From an uncultured Rikenella sp. (GTDB lineage: Bacteria; Bacteroidota; Bacteroidia; Bacteroidales; VadinHA17), in contig CAZUIF010000010.1 of NCBI GenBank assembly GCA_964621005.1, positions 43,368 to 107,367 on the forward strand: a stretch of DNA of 64,000 nucleotides, given 5' to 3'. The translations under genes and the position numbers were made by a program. Positions 31,287-42,046 of the stretch are shown piece by piece (the stretch's first letter is position 1; each line of letters begins with the position of its first letter). The notes beneath the pieces are model-generated. The model saw nothing but the letters and a program-made list of their open reading frames with translations. It had not been told where the DNA came from and did no database searches.

Positions 31287-31305
31287 TGCAGTTTCCTTTG
31301 ATGTT

Positions 31306-32427
31306 TTACCTGTCTATATCCGGAATAATGAGGTCAAGCGAACCGTTGATGGCAACCAGGTCAGCTATCTTGGCGCCCTGTGACATCAGGTTCAGCGGCG
31401 CCAGGTGCACGAAATTCGGTGACCTGAACTTGACCCTGACGGGGTTCTTGTTTCCGTCACTGACGATATACACTCCAAGCTCGCCCCTTGCTGTCTCCAC
31501 GCTCTGCCAGTACTCGCCCTCGGGGAGCTTGATCACCGGCTTCATCTTCTCGGCATACGCCCCTGACGGGATGTTGTCAATAAGCTGTTCGATGATGTTC
31601 ATAGACTCCCACATCTCGTCCATCCTTACCTTGTACCTGTGGAAGGAATCGCCTTCGTTGTATATTATCTCGTTGAAGGTGACCCTGTCATAGGCGCTGT
31701 AGGGATTGTGCTTCCTTACGTCGCACGATAATCCCGAGGCGCGTCCGACAGGTCCTGTCAGGCCCCATGCGATTGCCTGCTCACGGGTCACGGTCCCTAT
31801 ATTCTTAAGGCGCTCCTGGAAAATGACGTTCCCGGTAAGAAGCTGGTCATACTCCGGAAGTGTTTCCCTGAAGTATTTGATGAACTCCTTTGTCCTCTTC
31901 TGAAAATTGGGGTGGATGTCATTCATGAGACCGCCGGGGCAGTTGTAGCTGACTATCATCCTTCCGCCGCAGGTCTCCTCGAATATGTCCAGTACCTTTT
32001 CCCTGTCGCGCAGTCCGTAGAAGAAGCAGGTCAGACCTCCAAGGTCCATCCCGAAGGTGGCCCAGAAGAGCTGGTGCGACTGAATCCTCGTAAGCTCGCT
32101 AAGGATAGTCCTGATAACCTTTACACGGTCAGAGACTTCAATGCCCAGGGCCTTTTCCACTGCAAGGCAGACTGCCTCGTTGTTGATATGGGCCGAAAGG
32201 TAGTCCATCCGGTCTGTGAGGTGAATGATCTGGGGGTAGGTGATGCTTTCGCACATCTTTTCGATACCCCGGTGGATATAACCGATATGCGGCTGCACGT
32301 TCTGGACTATCTCGCCCTTGAGTGAGACCACCAGCCTGAGCACACCGTGCGTGGACGGGTGCTGGGGGCCCATGTTGATTACATATTCCTCCTGCTCCGG
32401 TACCGGTGCTTTTATTGCTTCTTCCAT
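31306..32427 (-). CDS. nuoD: Complex I subunit D
   Basis: [40 protein letters not shown]. Confidence 0.96.
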   Translation of the reverse strand: MEEAIKAPVPEQEEYVINMGPQHPSTHGVLRLVVSLKGEIVQNVQPHIGYIHRGIEKMCESITYPQIIHLTDRMDYLSAHINNEAVCLAVEKALGIEVSDRVKVIRTILSELTRIQSHQLFWATFGMDLGGLTCFFYGLRDREKVLDIFEETCGGRMIVSYNCPGGLMNDIHPNFQKRTKEFIKYFRETLPEYDQLLTGNVIFQERLKNIGTVTREQAIAWGLTGPVGRASGLSCDVRKHNPYSAYDRVTFNEIIYNEGDSFHRYKVRMDEMWESMNIIEQLIDNIPSGAYAEKMKPVIKLPEGEYWQSVETARGELGVYIVSDGNKNPVRVKFRSPNFVHLAPLNLMSQGAKIADLVAINGSLDLIIPDIDR

Positions 32428-32430
32428 AAT

Positions 32431-32886
32431 TTACTTGGCAAGAATATTTACGTCGTCTTTATAATCCTTTCTCAGGGGGAAGCCCCAGGTACTGTCAAGG
32501 AACAGCCTCCTGAGATCAGGATGGTTCCGGAACCTTATCCCGAGCAGGTCATAGGCCTCCCTTTCATGGAATTCAGCGGCAGGCCAGAGTGCACAGAGTG
32601 AATCGATTTCAGGATTCTCACGGTCTGAAACCCTGGTCTTGAGCACGATCATATGGTTGTTGACGGTTGACCTCAGATGATATACAGTGCCAAGGTCTGT
32701 TCCGTAATCCATGCCGGTTACCGATACGAGCATGTCGATGGCAGTCCCGCTGTTGTTCTTCAGTTTATCTGCCACTGCGTAGAGATCAGCGGGACTGACG
32801 GTTATTTCAACAAACTGTTTCCCCTGGACAACCTGTGCTTCCGGGGCTATTGTGGCTGCAAGTGCGGCAAGCTGTGAATTTTCCAT
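32431..32886 (-). CDS. nuoC: Complex I subunit C (not fused to D)
   Basis: EREAYDLLGIRFRNHPDLRR, GFPLRKD. Confidence 0.93.
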   Translation of the reverse strand: MENSQLAALAATIAPEAQVVQGKQFVEITVSPADLYAVADKLKNNSGTAIDMLVSVTGMDYGTDLGTVYHLRSTVNNHMIVLKTRVSDRENPEIDSLCALWPAAEFHEREAYDLLGIRFRNHPDLRRLFLDSTWGFPLRKDYKDDVNILAK

Positions 32887-32891
32887 CTTGA

Positions 32892-33449
32892 TTATTCCTG
32901 GGTATTGTGTGACTTGCTCCTCTTTTTACGCGATTTGATGGTCTCGGTGCCAATCTTCCTCTGAAGCTGCATCATTCCGTAGAGCAGGGCCTCCGGACGG
33001 GGAGGGCAACCGGGTATATATACATCAACCGGGATAATATGCTCCACACCCTTTACAACGTGGTAGGAGTTGAGGTAGAACGGGCCGCCTGATATCGCGC
33101 ATGCGCCCATGGCTATCACATACTTCGGCTCCGACATCTGGTCGTAGAGCAGTTTAAGCACGGGAGCCATCTTGTTTGTTATTGTTCCGGCGATTACGAT
33201 GACATCGGCCTGCCTCGGGCTGGCACGGTATACTTCCATGCCGAAACGGGCAAAATCATGTCTCGGCGCTCCGGTAGCCATCATTTCGATGCCGCAGCAG
33301 CTGGTGGCAAATGTCAGGGGCCAGAGCGAGTTGCTCCGTCCCCAGTTGATAAGATCATCTATCGTCGAGAGAAATACATTTACACCGGAATCCTGCAACT
33401 GCTTCAGGGTTTCATTGTCCCTGAATTCCTCCTGTTTAATTCCTTTCAT
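32892..33449 (-). CDS. nuoB: Complex I subunit B
   Basis: [36 protein letters not shown]; ATGA overlap with the nuoA stop. Confidence 0.96.
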   Translation of the reverse strand: MKGIKQEEFRDNETLKQLQDSGVNVFLSTIDDLINWGRSNSLWPLTFATSCCGIEMMATGAPRHDFARFGMEVYRASPRQADVIVIAGTITNKMAPVLKLLYDQMSEPKYVIAMGACAISGGPFYLNSYHVVKGVEHIIPVDVYIPGCPPRPEALLYGMMQLQRKIGTETIKSRKKRSKSHNTQE

Positions 33450-33796
33450 TCCCATGTGAGTGCATGTTTTTTCCAGGCATAGGCAAGTCCGAGCCCGAGG
33501 ACGAGTATGAAGACCACAATCTCAATGAAGGCCACCATTCCAAGCTCTTTCATCACTGTTGCCCACGGAAACAGGAAAACTATTTCCACGTCGAAAACAA
33601 GGAAGAGGATTGCAAAGAGGTAATAGCCGACATTGAACTGGAGCCATGTGGTACCCTTGGTGGGGATACCGCATTCATAAGGATCAAACTTCTGAGGCGC
33701 AAATGACCTGGGAGCCACAATGCCGGAAAAGATCAGAACCAGTCCGACAAAAATGGCCCCTGTAAGAAACAAAAGAACCAGGGCCTGATTATCCAT
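33446..33796 (-). CDS. nuoA: Complex I subunit A
   Basis: [20 protein letters not shown]. Confidence 0.95.
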   Translation of the reverse strand: MDNQALVLLFLTGAIFVGLVLIFSGIVAPRSFAPQKFDPYECGIPTKGTTWLQFNVGYYLFAILFLVFDVEIVFLFPWATVMKELGMVAFIEIVVFILVLGLGLAYAWKKHALTWE

Positions 33797-34015
33797 GTCT
33801 GTGATTTGTTGTGGTTGTTAAAAAACGGCCGTAAAGGTACCTATCCTGAAAGTTCAGGAGTGAATTGATGATATTTATCACTTATATGTGAATCACGGAA
33901 CAGAGAAGGTCCTGTGCGAGGTGTTGGCTGTTAGTGAGATACCAGGTTTTGTCAGGCTGCTCCCTGAGAGGCCGGAGATTCAGTATTCCAGGCATAAAAA
34001 TCGGTAAAAAAGAGG

Positions 34016-34023
34016 TATCTTTG
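34016..34023 (+). promoter_or_regulatory. -7 promoter element of rnpB
   Basis: TATCTTTG ends 4 bp before the predicted RNA 5' end. Confidence 0.7.
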
Positions 34024-34027
34024 TACC

Positions 34028-34396
34028 GGCAGGCCGGTCCGTCGTCCCGATGCGCAGGCATCGGGGAGGAAAGTCCGGGCAACGAAGAGCACCATCCTTC
34101 CTAACGGGAAGATATCCGAAAGGGTATAGCAGTGTAACAGAAAATAACAGTCCCGCTCCGCGGGGTAATGGTGAAAAGGTGAGGTAAGAGCTCACCGGTC
34201 CCGGTGGTGACATCGGGAGCCGTACACCTGATGGGTTGAAAGACCGTGTATACCGGCGTCCGAGGGCTGCTCGCCCGAGCCGGGGGGTAGGTCGTATGAC
34301 TGCGTCAGCAATGGCGCGGCAAGATAAATGACGGACGCGGCGCAAGATCCTCTCGCAGGAACCGCACCGGCACAGAACCCGGCTTACAGGCCTGCC
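34028..34396 (+). ncRNA. rnpB: RNase P RNA (type A)
   Basis: Conserved GAGGAAAGTCCGGGC and ACAGAACCCGGCTTA; terminal GGCAGGCC/GGCCTGCC P1 helix. Confidence 0.95.
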
Positions 34397-34406
34397 TTTG
34401 AAACAG

Positions 34407-34438
34407 AAGATGCCGCCCGGCGTGGGCGGCATCTTTTT
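34407..34438. terminator. Intrinsic terminator after rnpB (possibly bidirectional)
   Basis: 12-bp stem AAGATGCCGCCC/GGGCGGCATCTT plus T tract, between convergent genes. Confidence 0.8.
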
Positions 34439-34448
34439 GTTACAGAGC

Positions 34449-35150
34449 TTACAGTTTGAAGACGGAATCTTCTATCGGAGTGTCAAACTCGATCTTTTCG
34501 AAGGTCATGCCGCCCATCTCAGAGCCGTTGACGAACTGTGCAATGGTGGTCCCGAATTTGACCCCGTTGATCTCCTTGTACTCCCTGACATATGATTCCA
34601 CAAGCATCTCCTGTCCCATCTGGCTTACAGTCTGGGCTGTCTTGACAACAAGGTAGCTCTCCTTGTCGATGAAACTGGTGGTTGTAGTCCCTGATTCACC
34701 TGTTACTGAGAGCTTGTATGCCGGCTTGCCATCAACGGCTTCCTCTCCTTCAAGCTTGACCCTGCCGGCCTTGTAGGCCTCCATGAAGGAGTCTTTGAAA
34801 ATGTTGTATTCCTTTACTCCGCTTAACTGCTCGGCAGGTATCTCCACCGGGTCGCTGCTGCCTGTCAGAGGGTTAACCATGTAGCCCTTCTCACCGTCAT
34901 AGGCAATAATTATCTCCATTCCGTTGAACTCCTGCATCACCTTGACCATATCCGGTTTCTTGACCAGGATAGTAATAGGAATCTCCATTCCCATCTGGCT
35001 GGCAGTGCCCTGCATCGTGATGGTCTGAGCTTTTTCCAGCTTTTCAATACCTGTTGCTGCATAGTACTTGTTTGCAATCTCATCGAGCGACTGGGCACTG
35101 CAGACCGATGCCACCATAATTACCGCAAGAAGAGCCATTGACTTTTTCAT
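34449..35150 (-). CDS. Exported protein, lipoprotein-sorting/LolA-like fold
   Basis: Signal peptide ending CSA-Q; beta-rich sequence (AYDGEKG, FIDKESYLVVK). Confidence 0.55.
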   Translation of the reverse strand: MKKSMALLAVIMVASVCSAQSLDEIANKYYAATGIEKLEKAQTITMQGTASQMGMEIPITILVKKPDMVKVMQEFNGMEIIIAYDGEKGYMVNPLTGSSDPVEIPAEQLSGVKEYNIFKDSFMEAYKAGRVKLEGEEAVDGKPAYKLSVTGESGTTTTSFIDKESYLVVKTAQTVSQMGQEMLVESYVREYKEINGVKFGTTIAQFVNGSEMGGMTFEKIEFDTPIEDSVFKL

Positions 35151-35255
35151 AACATTCTGTTTGTTTAGTATTTAGATTATTTAATTAAAGTTCTGAGTAA
35201 AGTGATTGTTAAATCAGAACGAGACATTTCGAAGCTAAATTACCAATTAATTCAA

Positions 35256-36557
35256 TTACTTGCCCGGGGTGTATTTATAAATTTTCTTCCACCGTTCCAG
35301 GAGATGCTTCCGTATTTCAGTTTCACGTGAGTTGTTTCCGGGGTCGTAGAAGACAGTGCCTGATATTTCCCCCGGGAGGTAGTTGTCCTCTACGAAGTTG
35401 CCCTCGAAATCATGTGCATACCTGTAACCCTCGTGGTAGCCAAGGTCCTTCATCAGTCTTGTGGGAGCGTTCCGCAGGTGGAGAGGCACCGGGAGATCTC
35501 CGTGGCGGTGCACTGCTGCTATCGCATTCTCGATGGCCATGTATGCGGCATTGCTCTTGGGAGAGGTGGCAAGGTACAAAGCTGTTTCCGAAAGGATGAT
35601 CCTCGACTCGGGCCAGCCTACAAGATTCACGGCGTTGAAGCATGCCTGTGCCAGAAGCAGGGCATTGGGATTGGCAAGGCCGATGTCCTCTGCCGCCAGG
35701 ATAACCATGCGGCGGGCGATGAACTTAACATCCTCGCCACCCTCAACCATCCTGGCAAGCCAGTAGACTGCGGCGTTCGGGTCGGAACCGCGCAACGACT
35801 TTATGAATGCGGAAATTATGTCATAATGCTGTTCACCGTTCTTGTCATACATTGCAAGGTTCTGCTGCACGTGGCTCAGGACCATTTCATCGGTAATGAC
35901 GATCTCTTCACTTCCCTTCTCAGCCTCGAGTGAGACAGTCAGCTCCAGTGCGTTGTAAAGCTTGCGCGCATCTCCGCCGCTGATCCGGGTAAGCGCTTCG
36001 TATTCCCCGACCCTTATTTTAAACTGCGAGAGATAGTAGTCAGTAGCCAGCGCCCTGTCAACCAGCCTCTTAAGTAACTCATCGTCAAGCGGTTTAAGCA
36101 CATATACCTGGCACCGCGAAAGGAGGGGGGAGATCACTTCGAAGGAGGGATTCTCCGTTGTTGCACCGATAAGCGTGAGGATACCCTGTTCCACTGCACC
36201 CAGCAGGGAGTCCTGCTGCGATTTGTTGAACCTGTGGATTTCATCGATAAACAGGATGGGGTTCGGCTTGCCGAAGAACTGCTGGCTTCTTGCCTTTTCA
36301 ATTGTCTCGCGGACTTCCTTTACGCCACTGTGGACCGCACTAAGCTGGAAGAAGGAGCGTTCCAGTTTTGAGGCCACAATCCTTGCCAGGGTGGTTTTCC
36401 CCACACCGGGAGGCCCCCATAGTATGAAGGAGGGGACGTTCCCTGACTCGATCACCTTCCTCAGCACCCCGTCACTGCCGACAAGGTGTTCCTGCCCGGC
36501 AAACTCATCCAGTGAGCGTGGTCTTAACCTATCCGCAAGTGGTTGATTTGAAAACAT
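35256..36557 (-). CDS. rarA: Replication-associated recombination protein A
   Basis: PLADRLRP, WGPPGVGKTT, FIDEIHRFNKSQQD, SAFIKSLRGSD, VPLHLRNAPT; start placed at MFSNQP. Confidence 0.96.
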   Translation of the reverse strand: MFSNQPLADRLRPRSLDEFAGQEHLVGSDGVLRKVIESGNVPSFILWGPPGVGKTTLARIVASKLERSFFQLSAVHSGVKEVRETIEKARSQQFFGKPNPILFIDEIHRFNKSQQDSLLGAVEQGILTLIGATTENPSFEVISPLLSRCQVYVLKPLDDELLKRLVDRALATDYYLSQFKIRVGEYEALTRISGGDARKLYNALELTVSLEAEKGSEEIVITDEMVLSHVQQNLAMYDKNGEQHYDIISAFIKSLRGSDPNAAVYWLARMVEGGEDVKFIARRMVILAAEDIGLANPNALLLAQACFNAVNLVGWPESRIILSETALYLATSPKSNAAYMAIENAIAAVHRHGDLPVPLHLRNAPTRLMKDLGYHEGYRYAHDFEGNFVEDNYLPGEISGTVFYDPGNNSRETEIRKHLLERWKKIYKYTPGK

Positions 36558-36752
36558 ATGGCATTTAAAGTGTTCAGCATGCAAATTATCACTTAAATCG
36601 CTTGCATCGTCACACAATTTGGCACATTCACGAAAATTATTTTCCCGTCAGGAAATAAATTAATACTTTTAACAATTAAAATTTTTGCTTCACACATACT
36701 GTTTGTATCAAGAATTCGTTTAGTAACAGGATATTATCAAAATCCGGTAAAT

Positions 36753-37913
36753 ATGAAGAAACCTCTACTGATCACCTTGTTAGTTCTGGCAGTACTGCTG
36801 TTAATACCGGCTGTGAGCTTCATCAGATGGGCTTTCCAGGAGAAGAAGCCTGTCGATGTTGTGATTCTTGACAAAACCGTACCGACACTTGAAAGACTGG
36901 GGCACCGTTCGTTTGTATATGTCCTCACCAACGGAAGATATGTTAGGGGAGAAAAGGGTGGAAGCTATTCAGCAAGAAAAGATTACTACGGCTTTGAGCC
37001 ACTGAGACCCGTCAGGGAGAAGCAGTTCAGAAAGAAGGACTTCCGTCTCACTGAGCTTATTGACCTGGCTGAGAATAATGATGCAATGTACTACACCGAC
37101 ACGTACGGTGTATTCTTCAACGACTGGTACCAGGGTATAAAGAAGACACGCAGGTCGCGCAAACTCTACGGCGGGCTGAACAACAACGACTATCTCCTGA
37201 TGGTGGAGATGAAGAAGCGTGACAAGCTTGTACTTGTCGAATACAATACTTTTGACTATCCTACGGCCGGCCTTGAAAGATTCAAGACCGAAGAACTCCT
37301 GGGAATTGCCTCGAAGGGATGGATGGGGCAGTACTACAAGACGCTCGACACTGTTTCACAGCACGGAGTTCCTGCATGGATGCCGGCTATGTACCGCAAA
37401 CAGTACCGTGAACCGTGGAGCTTCACCAAGCCCGGTGTGGTTCTCCTGAAGGAAAACAGCATCATCGTCCTCGAGGAAGGAAAACATCTTTCCACGGCAA
37501 TGCCTGTCATCAGGACAGGTGCCACAGAGGCCGGCAGGTTCGGACTGCCCGAAACGGTGACTTTCACAAACAGCTTCGATATAATTGACCCGGGTCAGAA
37601 CAATGTCATCTCAGAATTCGTCCTCAATACCACCGCGGCAGGTGATACCCTGCTGGCAGCCAATGACCTTCAGTCAGTGTTCCCGGCAGTGACCCAGGAG
37701 CCTCTTGCACAGAGGACTTATTACTTCTCCGGCGACTTCGCCAACAATGACATTCCATTCTGGACAGCCAGGATAAAGAATATTCAGAAAAGTGCCAAAG
37801 CCTTCCTTTACTCTGATAACCAGGATGATCCGAGGAGATTCTTCTGGCTCTACTACAAACCGCTGATAAACTATATTTTTACTGAATACCAGGCAGGCAA
37901 AGCAGGAGAATAG
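36753..37913 (+). CDS. Membrane-anchored hypothetical protein
   Basis: N-terminal TM anchor; ILDKTVP, KDYYGF, YYTDTYGV, YYFSGDFA motifs. Confidence 0.7.
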   Translation: MKKPLLITLLVLAVLLLIPAVSFIRWAFQEKKPVDVVILDKTVPTLERLGHRSFVYVLTNGRYVRGEKGGSYSARKDYYGFEPLRPVREKQFRKKDFRLTELIDLAENNDAMYYTDTYGVFFNDWYQGIKKTRRSRKLYGGLNNNDYLLMVEMKKRDKLVLVEYNTFDYPTAGLERFKTEELLGIASKGWMGQYYKTLDTVSQHGVPAWMPAMYRKQYREPWSFTKPGVVLLKENSIIVLEEGKHLSTAMPVIRTGATEAGRFGLPETVTFTNSFDIIDPGQNNVISEFVLNTTAAGDTLLAANDLQSVFPAVTQEPLAQRTYYFSGDFANNDIPFWTARIKNIQKSAKAFLYSDNQDDPRRFFWLYYKPLINYIFTEYQAGKAGE

Positions 37914-37935
37914 GTTAAAGCATCAGATTGCACAG

Positions 37936-37967
37936 GAGGCTGTTCCGGAAGGACAGCCTCTTTTTTT
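37936..37967 (+). terminator. Intrinsic terminator
   Basis: GAGGCTGT/ACAGCCTC stem followed by T7. Confidence 0.8.
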
Positions 37968-38053
37968 GATTTTCAGGGTTCAGGCGATAAACACTGCTGA
38001 TCAGTATATGTTATATTAAGGTCATTAATATCTTTAAGGTCAAATACCATGTT

Positions 38054-38821
38054 ATGAAAGCAACGATTGTACAATGCGACCTCCACTGGGAGGACAGGGA
38101 TGCCAGCCTTTCGCATATCTCAGCCCTGCTTGATGCTGCTTCTCCCGGAGAAGGGATTGTGGTGCTGCCGGAGATGTTCACCACCGGATTCACAATGAAT
38201 CCAGCGCCCCTTGCCGAGGGGATGGACGGCCCCACGGTGCAGTGGATGAAGGAGAGGGCTTCCGGCGGAGGATATGCCCTGTGCGGTTCGGTGATCATTG
38301 GTGAGGAGGGGAGGTTTTACAACCGCATGGTCTTTGTCACACCGGAGGGCAGCGTGACTTATTACGACAAGCGTCACCTCCATTCAATGAGCGGGGAACA
38401 TACTGTTTACAGTCGTGGCAATAAGCGTGTTGTGGCGTCTTACCGCGAGTTAGGCTTTAACCTGCAGGTTTGTTATGATCTGCGCTTTCCGGTATGGTCA
38501 AGGAACCGTGGCGACACCGATGTTATTATATATTCGGCCAACTGGCCGGCTGTACGAAGCAGTGTCTGGAAGGCGCTTCTGGTGGCCAGGGCGATAGAGA
38601 ACCAGTGCTACGTGGTAGGAGTGAACCGGGTAGGTGTCAATCCTGACGGCACTTCATATACGGGTGATTCAGCCATTATAGGCCCGAAGGGGGAACTTCT
38701 TGCCTCACCTGAACCCGGTGCCGAGGGTGTTATCTCTGCAACCCTCTCACGTGAAGCGCTTGACAAATACCGTGAGGATATGCCTGTCTGGCGGGATGCG
38801 GATCCGTTTGAATTGATTTAG
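38054..38821 (+). CDS. Nitrilase-family amidohydrolase (omega-amidase YafV-like)
   Basis: LPEMF, YDKRHL, VCYDLRFP (Glu-Lys-Cys triad), ARAIENQ. Confidence 0.9.
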   Translation: MKATIVQCDLHWEDRDASLSHISALLDAASPGEGIVVLPEMFTTGFTMNPAPLAEGMDGPTVQWMKERASGGGYALCGSVIIGEEGRFYNRMVFVTPEGSVTYYDKRHLHSMSGEHTVYSRGNKRVVASYRELGFNLQVCYDLRFPVWSRNRGDTDVIIYSANWPAVRSSVWKALLVARAIENQCYVVGVNRVGVNPDGTSYTGDSAIIGPKGELLASPEPGAEGVISATLSREALDKYREDMPVWRDADPFELI

Positions 38822-38923
38822 GCAATAGGCATTAGGCATTAGGCAAGAGTGTTGACAATGGATTACGTAACTAAATGATAGACAGTTACTTCACTACTGC
38901 CTATTGTCTAATGCCTGCTGCCT
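38819..38923. repeat. Heptamer-armed miniature element A
   Basis: TAGGCAA TAGGCAT TAGGCAT TAGGCAA GAGTG, 40 nt core starting TTGACA, then CACTACT GCCTATT GTCTAAT GCCTGCT GCCT. Confidence 0.85.
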
Positions 38924-41859
38924 GCTCTGAGCGCAGCGAAGAGCACTTCCGCAGGATGCAGTGCAACACGGCCTGTGCCGTCTTTTACATGGTGACGGCA
39001 GCTGGTTCCGGGGGCAACAATGAGAGTCTTTTCAGATGCCTTGCGCACATCAGGAAACAACACAAGTTCACCAACTTTCTGAGAGAGGTCAAAGTGCTCC
39101 TTTTCATACCCGAAGGCTCCTGCCATGCCACAGCATCCTGACGGTATCTCCCTGACCCTGAAGTTTTTTGGTATCGAAAGAGCCTCGAGAACCGGAGCAG
39201 ATGTTGTAATTGCCTTCTCCTGACAGTGGACGTGAACCAGTACTTCGGCAGGTTCTTCAGTAAACATGTCACTATTTATCCTGCCTGCCCTGAACTCCCT
39301 GGCAACGAATTCCTCAAGGGTAAAAGTGTGCTGTGCCAGTCTCAGTGCCTCCGGCCTGTGCTTTTCTCCGGCAAGATCCGGGAACTCATCCCTGAAGCCG
39401 AGAATGGCCGATGGCTCGATTCCGACAAGAGGACGGGCTTCGCCTACAAGTGGTGATAAGGTTTCAATGTTTTTGATTATCAGTTTCTTTGCCTTGCGCA
39501 GGAACCCTTTCGAAATATAGGTACGTGCACTGGGAGCATTGCCTGTGACAGTGATGCAGTAACCGAGCCGGGTCAGCAGTTCAACAGTGGCTATGCCTGC
39601 ATTCAGGTCATTATGATTTGTGAATTCATCCACGAAAAGGCAGACCTCGCCTGAAGGAATTTGCGGGTTGAGCCTTTCCATGTTTCTTCCAAGCCATCTT
39701 CTGAAGGTCCGTGGAGCAAGCAGCGGTATGCTTCGTTCAGCCGCAAAACCTGTTACCTTTTTGATAATCAGTGATGTGAATCTATTGGAGACGAAGAAAT
39801 TGAAGATGCCGGGGATGAAGGAAAAGAGGCTGTAGATCTTTGGCAGCGAGGCTATCAGGCGTGTACGGAGTGATGGCGGATGCACGTCATTGTAATGCTG
39901 CAGGAACTCCGACTTCAGTTTGGCAACATCGACCCCTGAAGGGCACTCGCTGCGGCATCCCTTGCAGGCAAGACACAGATCCAGTATCTCATATATTTCC
40001 TTACTGTCCCACGGGTCTGGCTTTTCAGCATAGAGCATCTCCCTCATTATGTTGGCCCTCGCACGGGTGGTCAGCCGCTCGTCGCCGGTAGCCATATAGC
40101 TGGGACACATCAGGCCGCCTATGACACTGCTCTTGCGGCAGTCGCCCGACCCGTTGCACTTCTCGGCGGCGCGCACAACACCTCCAGAATCCGAGAAGTC
40201 ATAATAGGTCCTGAGCTCCGGTGTTGGTTTTCCCGGCTCGTAACGGAGCCACCGGTCCATGGGAGGGGTATTGACTATTTTTCCCGGATTGAGTATGTTA
40301 TCCGGGTCAAAGACCCTCTTTATACGCTTGTTGAGCTGATAGTTATGCTCGCCGATGATCAGCGGGATGAACTCACCCCTGAGCCTTCCGTCGCCATGCT
40401 CTCCGCTCATCGAACCGCGGTACTTTTTGACTATACGGGCAGTCTCTTCGGCAATGGTGCGGAGGAGCCTTGCCTCACCGGCATCCTTGAGATTTATCAG
40501 GGGCCTTATATGGAGTTCGCCGGTGCCTATATGTGCATGATATACAGATTCTTTCCCGTATGCGGCGAGCATATCCTCAATATCAGCGACGAATTCACCA
40601 AGCCTGCTGACGTCGACGGCACAGTCTTCAATCAGGGATATAGGCTTTGCGTCTCCCGGCATGTTTGACAAAATACCCAGTCCTGCCTTCCTGAGATCCC
40701 ACACCCTCTTAACATCCCCGCCCCAGACCAGCGGGAAGGCGTAGCCAAGGCCCTCAGCCCGCATTTCACCCTCCATCTGTGCTGCTGCAGCCAATATCTC
40801 TTCCCGTCCAGTGGCACAGAATTCCACTATTAGCAACGCACCCGGATCACCCTCTATGAAGAACCGGTTCCGCTTCTGGCTCTCAACAGTGGCTGCCAGC
40901 CTCAGGATGTTGTTGTCCATCAGCTCAACGGCCCACGGTTTATGTTTAAGCGCTATGAGGTTAGCCCTGAATGCATCATTGCGGTGAACAAGGTGCACGC
41001 ATGAAAGGGCCTTCACCGGCGGGGGCAGCGGAACCAGTCCCAACTTCGCCTCGGTGACTATGGCAAGGGTGCCCTCAGAACCGGCTATTAGTCGCGCCAG
41101 GTTGATCCTCCGGCCTGATCCGGTCGTGAACGGTTCGCTGTACAGCAGGTCGTCCAGTGCATACCCGGTATTACGGCGGGGAATTGTATTGTCAGGGTAT
41201 TCACGCTCTACCGCATCCCGGTTTTCCGGGTCCGACATGATTTTGTCAATCTCCCTGTATATCTCACCCTCAGCAGTTTGCAGGGTGCATTTATCCCTGT
41301 ACTGCTCTTCATCAAGAGCACCGAAATAAACCTCGGAACCGTCATGAAGCAATGCCCTTACCCCGATAATATGATCCCTTACTGAACCGTAAACAAGGGA
41401 GTGCAGGCCGCAACCGTTATTTCCGATCATTCCTCCGAGGTTGCACCGGCTGGAGGTGGATGTCTCCGGCCCGAACATGAGTCCGTGATTTCGAAGGACC
41501 GCATTAAGTTCATCGGGGACAACCCCGGGCTCGAGCCTGACCCATTTTTCTTCAGTATTGATTTCCAGTATCTTGCCAAAATGACGTGACAGGTCAGCCA
41601 CTATTCCTGAACCCACAACCTGTCCTGCCAGCGATGTTCCTGCCGCCCGCGGAATGATTCCTGTGCGATGCTTCGAGGCGAACGTAAGCAGCTTCCTGAT
41701 GTCTTCAGCGTGGCGGGGAAAGACAACTGCCAGTGGTTCTTCCCGGTAGATGGAAGCATCAGTGGCGTACATCAGCCTCGAACTCATGTCATGTCTCACC
41801 TCACCCTCAAGCAGTGAGGCCAGATGTCCGATTTCTGACGAAGAGATATGGGTATCCAT
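38908..41859 (-). CDS. FAD-linked, Fe-S-binding oxidoreductase (GlcD/GlcF, YdiJ-like 2-hydroxyacid dehydrogenase)
   Basis: AAGTSLAGQ, GSEGTL, GEHGDG, CNGSGDC, CLACKGCRSECP, CCGMAG. Confidence 0.88.
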   Translation of the reverse strand: MDTHISSSEIGHLASLLEGEVRHDMSSRLMYATDASIYREEPLAVVFPRHAEDIRKLLTFASKHRTGIIPRAAGTSLAGQVVGSGIVADLSRHFGKILEINTEEKWVRLEPGVVPDELNAVLRNHGLMFGPETSTSSRCNLGGMIGNNGCGLHSLVYGSVRDHIIGVRALLHDGSEVYFGALDEEQYRDKCTLQTAEGEIYREIDKIMSDPENRDAVEREYPDNTIPRRNTGYALDDLLYSEPFTTGSGRRINLARLIAGSEGTLAIVTEAKLGLVPLPPPVKALSCVHLVHRNDAFRANLIALKHKPWAVELMDNNILRLAATVESQKRNRFFIEGDPGALLIVEFCATGREEILAAAAQMEGEMRAEGLGYAFPLVWGGDVKRVWDLRKAGLGILSNMPGDAKPISLIEDCAVDVSRLGEFVADIEDMLAAYGKESVYHAHIGTGELHIRPLINLKDAGEARLLRTIAEETARIVKKYRGSMSGEHGDGRLRGEFIPLIIGEHNYQLNKRIKRVFDPDNILNPGKIVNTPPMDRWLRYEPGKPTPELRTYYDFSDSGGVVRAAEKCNGSGDCRKSSVIGGLMCPSYMATGDERLTTRARANIMREMLYAEKPDPWDSKEIYEILDLCLACKGCRSECPSGVDVAKLKSEFLQHYNDVHPPSLRTRLIASLPKIYSLFSFIPGIFNFFVSNRFTSLIIKKVTGFAAERSIPLLAPRTFRRWLGRNMERLNPQIPSGEVCLFVDEFTNHNDLNAGIATVELLTRLGYCITVTGNAPSARTYISKGFLRKAKKLIIKNIETLSPLVGEARPLVGIEPSAILGFRDEFPDLAGEKHRPEALRLAQHTFTLEEFVAREFRAGRINSDMFTEEPAEVLVHVHCQEKAITTSAPVLEALSIPKNFRVREIPSGCCGMAGAFGYEKEHFDLSQKVGELVLFPDVRKASEKTLIVAPGTSCRHHVKDGTGRVALHPAEVLFAALRAGSRH

Positions 41860-42046
41860 TCTGCAAACTTACGGCTTCAAAAATAGGGAATTGAAGCCTT
41901 ACCGGCAGGACCCTGATCGTATTTTCGAAAAAAAATGACTAAAATTTGAAAATTCTGACTTTAATCATGTAGTTGACAATTGCGTGATTACACTTTTTTC
42001 GTACTTTTACCCCGATGGATTTAACAAACTAAATTATTGATATACA

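Noticed and set aside
33840-33900. Short palindromes upstream of nuoA (TGATA-TT-TATCA, GTGA-A-TCAC) as Rex/FNR sites
   Set aside because: Spacing fits neither consensus; too short to exceed chance
8190-37960. Recurrent GAGGCTGT(T)TCCG words at about 8191, 18095 and 37936
   Set aside because: Only the 37936 copy forms a full hairpin; too few and too short to call a family
38847-38860. TTGACA in the element cores as a sigma70 -35 box
   Set aside because: Housekeeping promoters here use TAnnTTTG; no matching -10 at 17 bp; sites lie between convergent 3' ends
41962-41990. TAATCA...TGATTA upstream of pta as a LexA-like box
   Set aside because: Half-sites are in reverse order with a 17 bp spacer
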